The notes under the pieces were generated by a model. The model ran no database searches and had not been told where the DNA came from. It worked only from the letters and a program-made list of their open reading frames with translations. Made by a program: the position numbers and the translations under genes. From Escherichia coli (GTDB lineage Bacteria; Pseudomonadota; Gammaproteobacteria; Enterobacterales; Enterobacteriaceae): 64,000 nucleotides of DNA. Positions 1 through 11,967 of the stretch are shown here, one piece after another. Where the stretch lies: assembly GCF_001677475.2 (NCBI RefSeq), contig NZ_CP015229.1; one strand, given 5' to 3'. Position 1 is the first letter of the stretch. Every line of letters begins with the position of its first letter.

Positions 1-555
1 TTCTTCCCAGGCGGACGCGCCGGAAACCACCAGATTGGGGCGGAATTGCTCCATTTTTACACTGGCCGGACAACGTTGTTGGAGATCACGTAACGAGGCT
101 TCGTTAGCAAGAAGGTAAGGATAGCCATCAGCAAATGACAGGGGTACAGTGTTGTGGCGTTTCACGCGCCGCGTCATTTGTGGCCCCACCCAGCGCAACT
201 GCACTTCGCGGGAGAAAAATCCACTTAGCCATTTGTTGATCGCGTCTGGCGCAATTCGCGCGGTAAAATGTGTGCCCCAAACTTCGGTTGGTGCGTCTTG
301 TGTGGCGAAATCAGCAAAACGAACATATGCGCTACTGCCATCTGGTGCGGTGAGATGCAAGCCATCATGCACAGGTGAAGGAGTAAACCGTACCATCTGG
401 GGAAACTGGCGAGCGGTAATAAACGTACCGTCAGGTTCCGTGATCATAAAGATGCGATCGAAGGCCAGACCACTGACATCTGCCAGGGCATGTGTAAGAC
501 CAATGCCGCGCATCGATTTAACAGGATGAATAAAAAGCCGGGTTAATGTCGCCAC
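1..555 (-). CDS. ycbX: YcbX (MOSC/2Fe-2S protein), N-terminal part; gene runs off the left edge
   Basis: Reverse strand from GTG (complement of 553-555) reads [25 protein letters not shown]..., recognised as the E. coli YcbX N-terminus. It is divergent from rlmL as in K-12. It is absent from the ORF track because it is truncated. Confidence 0.8.
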   Translation of the reverse strand, partial: MATLTRLFIHPVKSMRGIGLTHALADVSGLAFDRIFMITEPDGTFITARQFPQMVRFTPSPVHDGLHLTAPDGSSAYVRFADFATQDAPTEVWGTHFTARIAPDAINKWLSGFFSREVQLRWVGPQMTRRVKRHNTVPLSFADGYPYLLANEASLRDLQQRCPASVKMEQFRPNLVVSGASAWEE

Positions 556-798
556 GGTGCGGTCCTCAAATGAAAATAAGCCCTCAACTTTATGACATGA
601 CGCGCTTATTAGCTATAATGCGCAACAATTTTCTTAGCGCCTGTCCCATTAGGCTATTTTATTTGTCAGTTTGGCCCAGGGAAGTGCTCGAAATCCTCAC
701 GTACTTGTGTACGCTCCGGTTTCTCCGCGCTGTCCATGTCCAGACTGACTGCAACAATTACGCCTACTGCGGTAGGCTCTTAGAGTAAAAGTGACGAT

Positions 799-2907
799 AT
801 GAATTCTCTGTTTGCCAGTACGGCCCGTGGGCTGGAAGAGCTGTTAAAAACTGAACTGGAAAACCTGGGGGCCGTTGAATGCCAGGTGGTTCAGGGTGGG
901 GTCCATTTCAAGGGCGACACACGGCTTGTTTACCAGAGCCTGATGTGGAGCCGCCTGGCCTCGCGTATTATGTTGCCGCTGGGCGAGTGTAAGGTTTACA
1001 GCGATTTAGACCTCTATCTCGGTGTTCAGGCGATCAACTGGACAGAGATGTTTAATCCTGGCGCGACCTTCGCTGTCCACTTCAGTGGTTTGAATGACAC
1101 CATCCGCAACAGTCAGTACGGTGCGATGAAAGTGAAAGACGCGATTGTCGATGCTTTCACGCGGAAAAATCTGCCGCGTCCAAATGTTGATCGCGATGCG
1201 CCGGATATCCGCGTTAACGTCTGGCTGCATAAAGAAACTGCCAGTATCGCCCTTGATCTCAGTGGTGATGGTTTACATCTGCGTGGCTATCGCGATCGTG
1301 CTGGTATTGCGCCGATCAAAGAAACCCTGGCAGCCGCGATTGTTATGCGATCCGGCTGGCAGCCAGGAACACCGCTGCTCGATCCGATGTGTGGTTCCGG
1401 TACGTTGCTGATTGAAGCGGCGATGCTGGCGACCGATCGCGCACCAGGCTTGCACCGTGGGCGTTGGGGCTTTAGCGGCTGGGCGCAGCATGATGAAGCT
1501 ATCTGGCAGGAAGTGAAAGCGGAAGCGCAAACTCGCGCCCGCAAAGGCCTGGCTGAGTATAGCTCTCATTTTTACGGTTCGGACAGCGACGCACGGGTGA
1601 TTCAACGTGCGCGCACTAACGCCCGTCTTGCGGGGATTGGTGAACTGATCACCTTTGAGGTGAAAGATGTCGCGCAACTGACCAATCCGCTGCCGAAAGG
1701 GCCGTACGGTACAGTGTTGAGTAACCCGCCATACGGTGAACGTCTGGACAGCGAACCGGCGCTGATTGCGCTGCATAGTCTGCTGGGCCGAATCATGAAA
1801 AACCAGTTCGGTGGCTGGAATCTCTCTTTGTTTAGTGCCTCGCCGGATCTGCTCAGCTGCCTGCAGCTGCGTGCAGACAAACAGTACAAGGCGAAAAACG
1901 GCCCGCTGGACTGCGTACAGAAAAATTACCACGTTGCCGAAAGCACACCAGACAGCAAACCGGCAATGGTAGCGGAAGACTACGCCAACCGCCTGCGTAA
2001 GAACCTCAAAAAATTCGAGAAGTGGGCTCGCCAGGAAGGGATTGAATGTTACCGCCTGTATGACGCCGATCTGCCGGAATATAATGTTGCCGTTGACCGT
2101 TATGCCGACTGGGTGGTGGTGCAGGAGTATGCGCCGCCAAAAACTATTGATGCGCACAAAGCGCGTCAGCGTCTGTTCGATATTATCGCTGCAACCATTT
2201 CGGTACTGGGGATTGCGCCAAACAAACTGGTACTGAAAACCCGCGAACGCCAGAAGGGCAAAAACCAGTACCAGAAACTGGGCGAGAAGGGCGAGTTTCT
2301 TGAAGTTACCGAATATAACGCTCACTTGTGGGTGAACCTGACGGATTATCTCGATACTGGTCTGTTCCTCGATCACCGTATCGCCCGCCGTATGCTCGGT
2401 CAGATGAGCAAAGGCAAAGATTTCCTCAACCTGTTCTCTTATACCGGCAGTGCCACCGTGCATGCGGGATTAGGCGGTGCACGCAGCACCACCACCGTGG
2501 ATATGTCACGTACTTATCTGGAGTGGGCAGAACGCAACCTGCGTCTGAATGGCCTAACCGGGCGTGCGCATCGCCTGATTCAGGCCGATTGCCTGGCGTG
2601 GCTGCGTGAGGCAAATGAACAGTTCGATCTGATCTTTATCGATCCGCCAACCTTCTCTAACTCAAAACGAATGGAAGATGCGTTTGATGTTCAGCGCGAT
2701 CATCTGGCGCTGATGAAAGATTTGAAACGTCTGCTGCGTGCAGGCGGGACGATCATGTTCTCGAACAACAAACGTGGCTTCCGTATGGATCTCGACGGCC
2801 TGGCAAAACTGGGACTGAAAGCACAAGAAATTACGCAAAAAACGCTCTCCCAGGATTTCGCCCGTAACCGCCAGATCCACAACTGCTGGCTGATTACCGC
2901 AGCCTGA
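799..2907 (+). CDS. rlmL: 23S rRNA m2G2445/m7G2069 methyltransferase RlmL (YcbY)
   Basis: 702-aa ORF starting [25 protein letters not shown], with THUMP and two SAM-MTase regions (NPPYGERL motif). Synteny matches K-12. Confidence 0.95.
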   Translation: MNSLFASTARGLEELLKTELENLGAVECQVVQGGVHFKGDTRLVYQSLMWSRLASRIMLPLGECKVYSDLDLYLGVQAINWTEMFNPGATFAVHFSGLNDTIRNSQYGAMKVKDAIVDAFTRKNLPRPNVDRDAPDIRVNVWLHKETASIALDLSGDGLHLRGYRDRAGIAPIKETLAAAIVMRSGWQPGTPLLDPMCGSGTLLIEAAMLATDRAPGLHRGRWGFSGWAQHDEAIWQEVKAEAQTRARKGLAEYSSHFYGSDSDARVIQRARTNARLAGIGELITFEVKDVAQLTNPLPKGPYGTVLSNPPYGERLDSEPALIALHSLLGRIMKNQFGGWNLSLFSASPDLLSCLQLRADKQYKAKNGPLDCVQKNYHVAESTPDSKPAMVAEDYANRLRKNLKKFEKWARQEGIECYRLYDADLPEYNVAVDRYADWVVVQEYAPPKTIDAHKARQRLFDIIAATISVLGIAPNKLVLKTRERQKGKNQYQKLGEKGEFLEVTEYNAHLWVNLTDYLDTGLFLDHRIARRMLGQMSKGKDFLNLFSYTGSATVHAGLGGARSTTTVDMSRTYLEWAERNLRLNGLTGRAHRLIQADCLAWLREANEQFDLIFIDPPTFSNSKRMEDAFDVQRDHLALMKDLKRLLRAGGTIMFSNNKRGFRMDLDGLAKLGLKAQEITQKTLSQDFARNRQIHNCWLITAA

Positions 2908-2918
2908 AAGGAATAGTA

Positions 2919-4826
2919 ATGTCATTAATCAGTATGCATGGCGCATGGCTGTCGTTCAGCGACGCGCCGCTTCTCGATAACGCAGAACTGCATATCGAAG
3001 ATAACGAACGTGTTTGTCTGGTGGGCCGCAACGGCGCAGGCAAATCGACGTTAATGAAAATCCTCAACCGTGAACAAGGGCTGGATGACGGTCGCATTAT
3101 TTACGAGCAAGATTTGATTGTAGCTCGTCTGCAACAGGATCCGCCGCGTAACGTTGAGGGGAGTGTTTATGATTTCGTTGCCGAAGGCATTGAAGAACAA
3201 GCGGAATACCTGAAACGCTATCACGATATTTCGCGCCTGGTGATGAACGACCCGAGCGAGAAAAATCTCAACGAACTGGCGAAGGTTCAGGAACAGCTGG
3301 ATCACCACAACCTGTGGCAGCTGGAAAACCGCATCAACGAAGTGCTGGCGCAACTGGGGTTAGATCCTAACGTTGCGCTGTCGTCGCTTTCCGGCGGCTG
3401 GTTGCGTAAAGCGGCATTAGGACGCGCGCTGGTGAGCAATCCGCGCGTATTGCTGCTCGACGAACCGACTAACCACCTGGATATCGAAACCATCGACTGG
3501 CTGGAAGGATTCCTTAAAACCTTCAATGGGACGATAATTTTCATCTCCCACGACCGTTCGTTTATCCGCAATATGGCGACGCGCATTGTTGATCTCGATC
3601 GCGGCAAGCTTGTGACCTATCCTGGGAATTACGACCAGTACCTGCTGGAAAAAGAAGAAGCCCTGCGCGTGGAAGAACTACAAAATGCCGAGTTCGATCG
3701 CAAACTGGCGCAGGAAGAGGTGTGGATCCGCCAGGGGATCAAAGCACGCCGTACCCGTAATGAAGGCCGCGTACGCGCCCTGAAAGCAATGCGTCGCGAG
3801 CGTGGCGAACGTCGCGAAGTGATGGGTACCGCAAAGATGCAGGTGGAAGAGGCCAGCCGTTCCGGTAAGATCGTTTTCGAAATGGAAGACGTTTGCTACC
3901 AGGTCGACGGTAAGCAACTGGTGAAAGATTTTTCGGCCCAGGTTCTACGTGGCGACAAAATTGCCCTGATTGGTCCGAATGGATGCGGCAAAACCACGCT
4001 GCTGAAACTGATGCTCGGTCAGCTTCAGGCGGACAGCGGGCGTATTCACGTTGGCACCAAACTGGAAGTGGCTTATTTCGATCAGCACCGTGCGGAACTG
4101 GATCCCGATAAAACGGTGATGGATAACCTTGCTGAAGGTAAGCAAGAGGTGATGGTTAACGGCAAGCCACGCCATGTTTTGGGCTATTTGCAGGACTTCC
4201 TGTTCCATCCGAAACGGGCGATGACGCCGGTACGTGCGCTTTCTGGCGGTGAGCGTAACCGCTTGTTGTTGGCGCGTTTGTTCCTCAAACCAAGCAACTT
4301 ATTGATTCTTGACGAACCGACCAACGATCTTGATGTTGAAACGCTGGAACTGCTGGAAGAACTGATCGACAGCTACCAGGGCACGGTATTGCTGGTGAGC
4401 CACGATCGTCAGTTTGTCGATAACACCGTTACAGAATGCTGGATCTTCGAAGGCGGCGGTAAAATTGGTCGTTATGTCGGCGGTTATCATGATGCCCGTG
4501 GTCAGCAAGAACAGTATGTGGCGCTCAAACAGCCTGCGGTGAAAAAAATCGAAGAAGCCGCCGCGCCAAAAGCAGAAACTGTAAAACGCAGCAGTAGCAA
4601 ACTAAGCTATAAATTGCAGCGCGAACTGGAGCAGCTACCGCAATTGCTCGAAGATCTGGAGGCGAAGCTGGAAGCCCTACAGACGCAGGTGGCGGATGCT
4701 TCCTTCTTCAGTCAGCCGCATGAGCAGACACAAAAAGTGCTCGCTGATATGGCTGCTGCAGAGCAGGAGCTGGAGCAAGCCTTTGAACGCTGGGAGTATC
4801 TTGAAGCGTTAAAAAATGGTGGCTGA
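2919..4826 (+). CDS. uup: ABC-F ATPase Uup
   Basis: 635 aa with two Walker A motifs (GRNGAGKST, GPNGCGKTT), two LSGG signatures and a C-terminal coiled coil. Confidence 0.95.
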   Translation: MSLISMHGAWLSFSDAPLLDNAELHIEDNERVCLVGRNGAGKSTLMKILNREQGLDDGRIIYEQDLIVARLQQDPPRNVEGSVYDFVAEGIEEQAEYLKRYHDISRLVMNDPSEKNLNELAKVQEQLDHHNLWQLENRINEVLAQLGLDPNVALSSLSGGWLRKAALGRALVSNPRVLLLDEPTNHLDIETIDWLEGFLKTFNGTIIFISHDRSFIRNMATRIVDLDRGKLVTYPGNYDQYLLEKEEALRVEELQNAEFDRKLAQEEVWIRQGIKARRTRNEGRVRALKAMRRERGERREVMGTAKMQVEEASRSGKIVFEMEDVCYQVDGKQLVKDFSAQVLRGDKIALIGPNGCGKTTLLKLMLGQLQADSGRIHVGTKLEVAYFDQHRAELDPDKTVMDNLAEGKQEVMVNGKPRHVLGYLQDFLFHPKRAMTPVRALSGGERNRLLLARLFLKPSNLLILDEPTNDLDVETLELLEELIDSYQGTVLLVSHDRQFVDNTVTECWIFEGGGKIGRYVGGYHDARGQQEQYVALKQPAVKKIEEAAAPKAETVKRSSSKLSYKLQRELEQLPQLLEDLEAKLEALQTQVADASFFSQPHEQTQKVLADMAAAEQELEQAFERWEYLEALKNGG

Positions 4827-4955
4827 TCGCAAAATAGTCGATTTAAACAGAGACAGCTGACAACGGTAAAATTGCCTGATGAATTGGGTTTATCAGGCAT
4901 GAAAACCAACACTTTGTTCGTCATCTGTAAAATAGCGCATCATTAAGGAGTACCA

Positions 4956-6209
4956 ATGTGCGAACATCATCATGCCGCGAAGCACATCCTGTGCTCGCAG
5001 TGTGACATGCTGGTGGCGTTACCGCGCCTTGAGCATGGTCAGAAAGCGGCATGTCCCCGGTGTGGCACAACGTTAACCGTGGCGTGGGATGCCCCTCGGC
5101 AGCGTCCCACCGCCTATGCGTTGGCTGCACTGTTCATGCTGTTGCTGTCCAACTTGTTTCCTTTTGTGAATATGAACGTTGCAGGAGTTACCAGTGAAAT
5201 TACATTACTGGAAATTCCCGGCGTGCTTTTTTCTGAGGACTACGCCAGCCTCGGCACCTTTTTCCTGTTGTTTGTGCAACTGGTTCCCGCGTTTTGTCTG
5301 ATAACCATTCTGTTACTGGTGAATCGCGCGGAATTACCGGTCCGTTTAAAAGAGCAACTGGCACGGGTGCTTTTTCAACTCAAAACCTGGGGAATGGCGG
5401 AGATTTTCCTTGCGGGTGTGCTGGTCAGTTTCGTTAAACTGATGGCCTACGGCAGCATTGGTGTCGGCAGCAGCTTTCTCCCCTGGTGTTTATTTTGTGT
5501 CCTGCAACTGCGCGCCTTTCAGTGCGTTGATCGTCGCTGGTTGTGGGACGATATCGCCCCGATGCCAGAACTGCGCCAGCCGCTAAAACCTGGCGTCACG
5601 GGGATACGTCAGGGGCTGCGTTCTTGCTCCTGTTGTACGGCAATCCTTCCTGCTGATGAACCCGTATGCCCGCGCTGTGGTACTAAAGGGTACGTTCGGC
5701 GTAGAAACAGCCTGCAATGGACACTCGCGCTGCTTGTAACGTCCATCATGCTGTATCTTCCGGCTAATATTTTGCCCATCATGGTGACGGATTTATTAGG
5801 CTCGAAGATGCCATCGACGATTCTCGCTGGGGTCATCCTGTTATGGAGCGAAGGATCTTATCCCGTCGCTGCGGTTATCTTTCTGGCCAGTATTATGGTG
5901 CCAACGTTAAAGATGATCGCCATAGCGTGGTTGTGTTGGGATGCCAAAGGGCATGGCAAGCGCGACAGTGAAAGAATGCATTTGATTTATGAAGTTGTTG
6001 AGTTTGTAGGCCGCTGGTCGATGATTGACGTTTTCGTTATCGCGGTGCTCTCGGCGCTGGTGCGTATGGGAGGTTTAATGAGTATTTATCCGGCAATGGG
6101 TGCATTAATGTTTGCTTTAGTCGTCATAATGACAATGTTTTCTGCTATGACGTTTGACCCGCGTTTGTCGTGGGATCGTCAACCTGAATCAGAGCATGAG
6201 GAGTCCTGA
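4956..6209 (+). CDS. pqiA: paraquat-inducible membrane protein PqiA
   Basis: 417 aa with duplicated CxxC zinc-ribbon plus TM modules. Syntenic with pqiB. Confidence 0.93.
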   Translation: MCEHHHAAKHILCSQCDMLVALPRLEHGQKAACPRCGTTLTVAWDAPRQRPTAYALAALFMLLLSNLFPFVNMNVAGVTSEITLLEIPGVLFSEDYASLGTFFLLFVQLVPAFCLITILLLVNRAELPVRLKEQLARVLFQLKTWGMAEIFLAGVLVSFVKLMAYGSIGVGSSFLPWCLFCVLQLRAFQCVDRRWLWDDIAPMPELRQPLKPGVTGIRQGLRSCSCCTAILPADEPVCPRCGTKGYVRRRNSLQWTLALLVTSIMLYLPANILPIMVTDLLGSKMPSTILAGVILLWSEGSYPVAAVIFLASIMVPTLKMIAIAWLCWDAKGHGKRDSERMHLIYEVVEFVGRWSMIDVFVIAVLSALVRMGGLMSIYPAMGALMFALVVIMTMFSAMTFDPRLSWDRQPESEHEES

Positions 6210-6213
6210 CAGT

Positions 6214-7854
6214 ATGGAATCTAATAATGGGGAAGCCAAAATCCAGAAAGTGAAGAACTGGTCTCCCGTGTGGATATTTCCTATCGTCACGGCGCTCATT
6301 GGGGCCTGGGTTCTTTTTTATCATTACAGCCATCAGGGGCCGGAAGTGACCCTGATCACCGCGAATGCGGAAGGAATAGAAGGTGGTAAAACCACCATTA
6401 AAAGCCGTAGCGTTGACGTCGGCGTGGTTGAAAGCGCCACACTGGCTGATGATTTGACGCACGTTGAAATCAAAGCGCGGCTGAATTCCGGTATGGAAAA
6501 ATTGCTGCATAAAGATACCGTCTTTTGGGTGGTGAAACCGCAGATTGGTCGAGAAGGGATTAGCGGCCTGGGAACTCTGCTGTCTGGTGTTTATATCGAA
6601 CTGCAGCCAGGCGCGAAAGGCAGCAAAATGGATAAATACGATTTGCTGGACTCACCACCGTTGGCCCCGCCTGATGCGAAAGGTATCCGTGTGATTCTCG
6701 ATAGCAAAAAAGCCGGGCAGCTCTCGCCAGGAGATCCCGTGCTGTTCCGTGGCTATCGGGTAGGTTCGGTTGAAACCAGCACCTTCGATACGCAAAAACG
6801 CAATATCAGCTATCAACTGTTCATCAATGCACCTTATGACCGACTGGTGACCAGCAATGTTCGCTTCTGGAAAGATAGTGGCATTGCGGTTGATTTGACG
6901 TCAGCGGGAATGCGTGTGGAGATGGGCTCATTGACAACGCTGCTTAGTGGCGGTGTCAGCTTTGATGTGCCGGAAGGTCTGGATTTAGGGCAGCCAGTGG
7001 CACCGAAAACAGCTTTCGTTTTGTATGATGATCAGAAGAGCATTCAGGATTCGTTGTATACCGATCACATTGATTATCTGATGTTCTTTAAAGATTCGGT
7101 ACGCGGTCTGCAACCGGGAGCTCCGGTAGAATTCCGGGGTATTCGCCTGGGTACCGTAAGCAAAGTGCCATTCTTTGCGCCGAATATGCGTCAGACATTT
7201 AACGATGATTACCGTATTCCGGTACTGATTCGTATCGAGCCAGAGCGGCTGAAAATGCAGCTTGGCGAAAATGCGGATGTTGTTGAGCACCTTGGCGAAT
7301 TGTTGAAACGTGGTTTACGCGGATCGCTGAAAACCGGAAACCTGGTCACTGGCGCACTGTATGTTGATCTCGATTTCTATCCAAATACGCCTGCAATAAC
7401 CGGTATTCGTGAATTTAATGGTTATCAGATTATCCCGACCGTTAGCGGCGGTCTGGCGCAAATCCAGCAACGACTGATGGAAGCGTTAGATAAGATCAAC
7501 AAACTGCCATTGAATCCGATGATTGAACAGGCAACCAGTACGCTTTCTGAAAGTCAGCGCACAATGAAAAACCTGCAAACGACGCTGGATAGCATGAACA
7601 AGATCCTCGCCAGCCAGTCGATGCAGCAGTTACCGACGGATATGCAGTCAACGTTGCGTGAATTGAATCGCAGTATGCAGGGCTTCCAGCCTGGCTCCGC
7701 AGCCTACAACAAGATGGTGGCGGATATGCAGCGACTTGATCAGGTGTTGCGAGAACTGCAACCGGTGCTGAAAACGCTCAACGAGAAGAGTAACGCGCTG
7801 GTATTTGAAGCGAAGGACAAAAAAGATCCAGAGCCGAAGAGGGCTAAACAATGA
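6214..7854 (+). CDS. pqiB: MCE-domain lipid transport protein PqiB
   Basis: ORF 6154-7854. The start is set at the MESNNGEAKIQKV ATG (6214), giving 546 aa as in K-12. Confidence 0.92.
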   Translation: MESNNGEAKIQKVKNWSPVWIFPIVTALIGAWVLFYHYSHQGPEVTLITANAEGIEGGKTTIKSRSVDVGVVESATLADDLTHVEIKARLNSGMEKLLHKDTVFWVVKPQIGREGISGLGTLLSGVYIELQPGAKGSKMDKYDLLDSPPLAPPDAKGIRVILDSKKAGQLSPGDPVLFRGYRVGSVETSTFDTQKRNISYQLFINAPYDRLVTSNVRFWKDSGIAVDLTSAGMRVEMGSLTTLLSGGVSFDVPEGLDLGQPVAPKTAFVLYDDQKSIQDSLYTDHIDYLMFFKDSVRGLQPGAPVEFRGIRLGTVSKVPFFAPNMRQTFNDDYRIPVLIRIEPERLKMQLGENADVVEHLGELLKRGLRGSLKTGNLVTGALYVDLDFYPNTPAITGIREFNGYQIIPTVSGGLAQIQQRLMEALDKINKLPLNPMIEQATSTLSESQRTMKNLQTTLDSMNKILASQSMQQLPTDMQSTLRELNRSMQGFQPGSAAYNKMVADMQRLDQVLRELQPVLKTLNEKSNALVFEAKDKKDPEPKRAKQ

Positions 7855-8414
7855 AAAAGTGGCTAGTGACAATTGCAGCACTGTGGCTGGCCGGATGCAG
7901 CTCCGGCGAAATTAATAAAAACTATTACCAGTTACCTGTGGTGCAGAGCGGTACACAAAGTACCGCCAGCCAGGGCAATCGCCTGTTATGGGTAGAGCAG
8001 GTCGCTGTACCTGACTATCTGGCGGGGAATGGTGTGGTTTATCAAACCAGTGATGTGAAGTATGTGATTGCCAACAACAACTTGTGGGCCAGCCCGTTGG
8101 ATCAACAGTTGCGCAACACCCTGGTAGCCAACCTGAGCACGCAACTGCCCGGCTGGGTGGTTGCCTCCCAGCCTCTGGGAAGCGCCCAGGATACGCTCAA
8201 TGTTACCGTAACGGAGTTTAACGGGCGCTATGATGGCAAGGTCATTGTCAGTGGTGAGTGGTTGTTGAACCACCAGGGACAACTGATCAAACGTCCGTTC
8301 CGTCTGGAAGGGGTGCAAACTCAGGATGGTTACGATGAAATGGTTAAAGTGCTGGCCAGTGTCTGGAGTCAGGAAGCCGCTTCTATTGCGCAAGAGATAA
8401 AGCGTCTACCGTAA
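7851..8414 (+). CDS. pqiC: lipoprotein PqiC (YmbA)
   Basis: 187 aa with lipobox LWLAGC. The ATGA overlaps the pqiB stop. Confidence 0.92.
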   Translation: MKKWLVTIAALWLAGCSSGEINKNYYQLPVVQSGTQSTASQGNRLLWVEQVAVPDYLAGNGVVYQTSDVKYVIANNNLWASPLDQQLRNTLVANLSTQLPGWVVASQPLGSAQDTLNVTVTEFNGRYDGKVIVSGEWLLNHQGQLIKRPFRLEGVQTQDGYDEMVKVLASVWSQEAASIAQEIKRLP

Positions 8415-8435
8415 TCATAAAGATTTGTAAATATA

Positions 8436-8470
8436 ACCGTCTCCGGTATGTTGCCTGAGGCGGTTTTTTT
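8436..8470 (+). terminator. rho-independent terminator after pqiC
   Basis: Stem ACCGTCTC/GAGGCGGT followed by T7. Confidence 0.75.
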
Positions 8471-8669
8471 GTTTCTAACTTGCGGAAAAAGTTGTTCCTC
8501 TTCACATTTTTTGTACAACCGACATGCCCGTGTAGCTCACAAATATGACAGTGGCGTGAATTTTGCGCATTGACGGCAGTTATGATTCGCGGTATTGCTT
8601 AACTGTGATTGCACATTTAGTAATCACTGTTTTCTTTTCCACCAGAAACCAGTATGAGGGAAACGAGGC

Positions 8670-8837
8670 ATGAAGAGACAAAAACGAGATCGCCTGGAAC
8701 GGGCACATCAACGTGGTTATCAGGCCGGCATCGCCGGACGCTCAAAAGAAATGTGTCCCTATCAGACGCTGAATCAAAGGTCACAATGGCTGGGAGGCTG
8801 GCGAGAAGCCATGGCGGACAGGGTAGTAATGGCCTGA
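8670..8837 (+). CDS. rmf: ribosome modulation factor
   Basis: A 55-aa ORF below the track cutoff, MKRQKRDRLERAHQRGYQAGIAGRSKEMCPYQTLNQRSQWLGGWREAMADRVVMA, recognised as Rmf. Confidence 0.93.
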   Translation: MKRQKRDRLERAHQRGYQAGIAGRSKEMCPYQTLNQRSQWLGGWREAMADRVVMA

Positions 8838-8849
8838 TTCTGTCTCTTT

Positions 8850-8886
8850 AAAAAGAAACCTCCGCATTGCGGAGGTTTCGCCTTTT
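8850..8886. terminator. bidirectional terminator between rmf and fabA
   Basis: AAACCTCCGC-ATTG-CGGAGGTTT hairpin flanked by an A-run and a T-run. Confidence 0.8.
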
Positions 8887-8906
8887 GATACTCTGTCTGA
8901 TTATAA

Positions 8907-9425
8907 TCAGAAGGCAGACGTATCCTGGAACAGACCGACTTTCAGGTCGCTGGCGGTATAGATCAGACGACCATCAACCAACACTTCGCCATCTGCCAGA
9001 CCCATAATCAGACGACGATTAACAATGCGTTTAAAGTGAATACGGTAGGTCACTTTTTTCGCTGTCGGCAGTACCTGACCAGTGAATTTCACTTCGCCAA
9101 CGCCCAGCGCGCGGCCTTTACCTTCGCCGCCCAGCCAGCCGAGGTAGAACCCTACCAGCTGCCACATTGCATCCAGGCCCAGGCATCCCGGCATAACCGG
9201 ATCGCCAATGAAGTGGCATCCGAAGAACCACAGATCCGGATTGATATCCAGTTCTGCTTCAACATACCCTTTGTCGAAGTTACCACCCGTTTCGGTCATT
9301 TTGACCACACGGTCCATCATCAGCATGTTCGGTGCTGGCAATTGCGGGCCTTTAGCGCCAAACAGTTCACCGCGACCAGAGGCAAGAAGGTCTTCTTTTG
9401 TATAGGATTCGCGTTTATCTACCAT
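8907..9425 (-). CDS. fabA: 3-hydroxydecanoyl-ACP dehydratase/isomerase FabA
   Basis: The ORF track gives 238 aa. The start is set at [14 protein letters not shown] (172 aa), as for FabA. Confidence 0.95.
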
Positions 9426-9493
9426 GTTCTCTGTAAGCCTTATTTTATTGAAGCACGCAGGATAGCTAACACGTGTACGCTGAACAAGTCCGA

Positions 9494-11254
9494 TCAGTTC
9501 GGAATAAACCAGTTCAGCCAACGTAATGGCCATGGAAAACGGTGACGTCCTTCCTGTTGCGATGCTTGCGCGATACGTTCCTGGATGGTTTGCATCAGCG
9601 TCGTTTGGCCTTCGCCATCCCACACCAGATTTAATAATAACGGCAGTGCGTCAGTCACATCGTCTACTGCCCAGATGGTGAATTTGCCTTCTTCTACCGC
9701 TTTCACCAGTTCACTGTGAAGACTTAAATGGCGAACGTTAGCTGTGGGGATAATGACACCTTGTTTCCCGGTTAACTCACGTTGCTGGCAAATAGCAAAG
9801 AAGCCTTCGATTTTCTCATTTAAACCACCGACCGGCTGGGCGCGACCGAACTGATCGACTGAACCTGTGATAGCGATACTCTGATTCACCGGCACATCGG
9901 CGAGGGCGCTTATCAGGGCGCAGAGTTCAGCCATCGAGGCACTATCGCCATCCACTTCACTGTATGACTGCTCAAATGTCAGCGATGCTGAGAAGGGGAT
10001 CTGTTGCTCAAGCTGTAGTTCCGACATCAGGAACGCCTGCATGATCATCATCCCTTTCGCATGGATATTGCCGCCAAGCTCCGCTTTGCGTTCGATGTCG
10101 GTGAATTCACCATCGCCAATATGCACAACGCAGCTAATGCGAGAAGGTTCGCCAAAAGCGCGTGGATGACCCGGAAATTCAATGACCGAAAGGGCGTTAA
10201 TTTGCCCGATGCGTTCGCCTTCGGTTTCAATCAGGATTTGCTCCTGAAGGATCTCATCCTGCATGCGTTCAGCGAGGAAACCTTCACGCCATTCACGCTG
10301 CTGCAGCATTAAGTTTAGCTGCTCGCCGGAGAAGGTGTCGCCATCGCACAGGGAGGCGACCTCTTTACACTGGCGGAGGATCCACTGCGGGCTAAGCGGA
10401 AGTGTTTCTTGTTCACCGGTGTAGCGGGCTGCTTCGCGGATAAGTACCGGCCAGGCATCCGCTCCCGGTGCAGGTAAGTGATTATGTCTTGCGGTCAATG
10501 TTACCCAGCGACACCACTGACTTACTGACTCCGCATCGACAATCTGCAGAGTATCTTCAAATTCGCTATAAATAGCCTGCTCTGAAAGCTCTGGTTCCAT
10601 CTCCTGGAAATCAGCCAATGATTCGCGTTCGCCTACCAGAATGACTTTCAGCTTCAATGGCATCGAAGGCACAGAGACGGGGAGAGGGCGCGACTCATCA
10701 AACGCAACCCAGTCAAAACGCTCGCGGTTAACGATATTTTTCAGCCGCATCCACAGCAGAGGTTGCGCCAGCAGTGTACGCAAAGAGATGATGAGAATAC
10801 CGCCATTTGCCTGATGCACCAGACCTGGCTGCAGGGTAATGTCGCCATTAAACTGGCGCAGGCAGCCAAAGAGTTGTTCCGCTTCTACCCAGTCGGCAGC
10901 GACAACTTGCGTTAAAGTCGCAAAATTATCATCTGCACTCACTGCGTTACGTAAGCGGATGGTGTGCCCGGAAACCTCATAGTGACCGCCCACCAGTTGG
11001 CCTGCATCGCTTTGTAGCGCACGCGCGGCATCGGCAATAAGATTCAGATACTCAGACTCTTCCGGGGCCTTCGCCAGCATAAAAGAGGAGGATGCTCGCG
11101 TATGCAGCAGCTGCTCCAGCGCAAATTGCAGCCGCGGTTGAGTATCACTGAATAAAGGATCGTTTTCGTCAATCAAATGTGGCTGAGCAAATATTTCCTG
11201 ATAGCTATCGGTATCAGGAACCAGGTCACGCCATGCAAGTTTCGTAATGGTCAA
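9494..11254 (-). CDS. ycbZ: Lon-protease-like protein YcbZ (LonH)
   Basis: 586 aa with a C-terminal Lon proteolytic domain ([16 protein letters not shown]). Synteny matches K-12. Confidence 0.9.
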
Positions 11255-11439
11255 AGTTGATGTTTTTTAGTCTGTTGTCAAAGCCGCGATTATACCGTAA
11301 CCGGCACTGCAGCACACGTATAAAGCACCGACAATACTCCTGGCATGGGCGTTAAAGCTCACAGGATGGAGATTCTTTTCTTCACTGGCCTAAAAAGCTG
11401 ATATTCTGTAAAGAGTTACACGGTAACATTGAGATCGCT

Positions 11440-11892
11440 ATGAAATATCAACAACTTGAAAATCTTGAAAGCGGTTGGAAATGGAAGTATCTGGTGAAGA
11501 AGCATCGCGAAGGGGAGTTAATCACCCGTTACATAGAAGCCAGTGCCGCCCAGGAAGCCGTCGATGTGTTGCTCTCGCTGGAAAATGAACCCGTGCTGGT
11601 CAATGGCTGGATTGACAAGCATATGAATCCGGAACTGGTCAATCGCATGAAGCAAACCATTCGGGCCAGACGGAAGCGCCATTTTAATGCGGAACACCAG
11701 CATACGCGCAAAAAATCGATCGATCTGGAATTTATTGTCTGGCAACGTCTGGCTGGTCTTGCGCAGCGTCGCGGTAAAACGCTTTCTGAAACGATTGTTC
11801 AGCTGATTGAAGATGCGGAAAACAAAGAGAAATACGCGAATAAAATGTCTTCTTTGAAGCAGGATCTGCAGGCATTGCTGGGTAAGGAATAA
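11440..11892 (+). CDS. matP: Ter macrodomain organiser MatP
   Basis: 150 aa starting [26 protein letters not shown]. Confidence 0.93.
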
Positions 11893-11924
11893 CTGACGAA
11901 AGTCAGTTCAATTTTCTAAAGACG

Positions 11925-11954
11925 AAAAAAAACCCCGCAGCAGCGGGGTTTTTT
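11925..11954. terminator. bidirectional terminator matP/ompA
   Basis: A8-CCCCGC-AGCA-GCGGGG-T6. Confidence 0.85.
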
Positions 11955-11967
11955 ACCAGACGAGAAC

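Noticed and set aside
1273-2463. A 396-aa minus-strand ORF, plus several shorter ones, inside rlmL.
   Set aside because: It is antisense to a gene whose plus-strand product is unmistakably RlmL. The composition is Arg/Gln/Phe-rich and there is no RBS. This is a typical shadow ORF. The same reasoning applies to the antisense ORFs listed inside uup, pqiB, ycbZ, ompA, yccS and helD.
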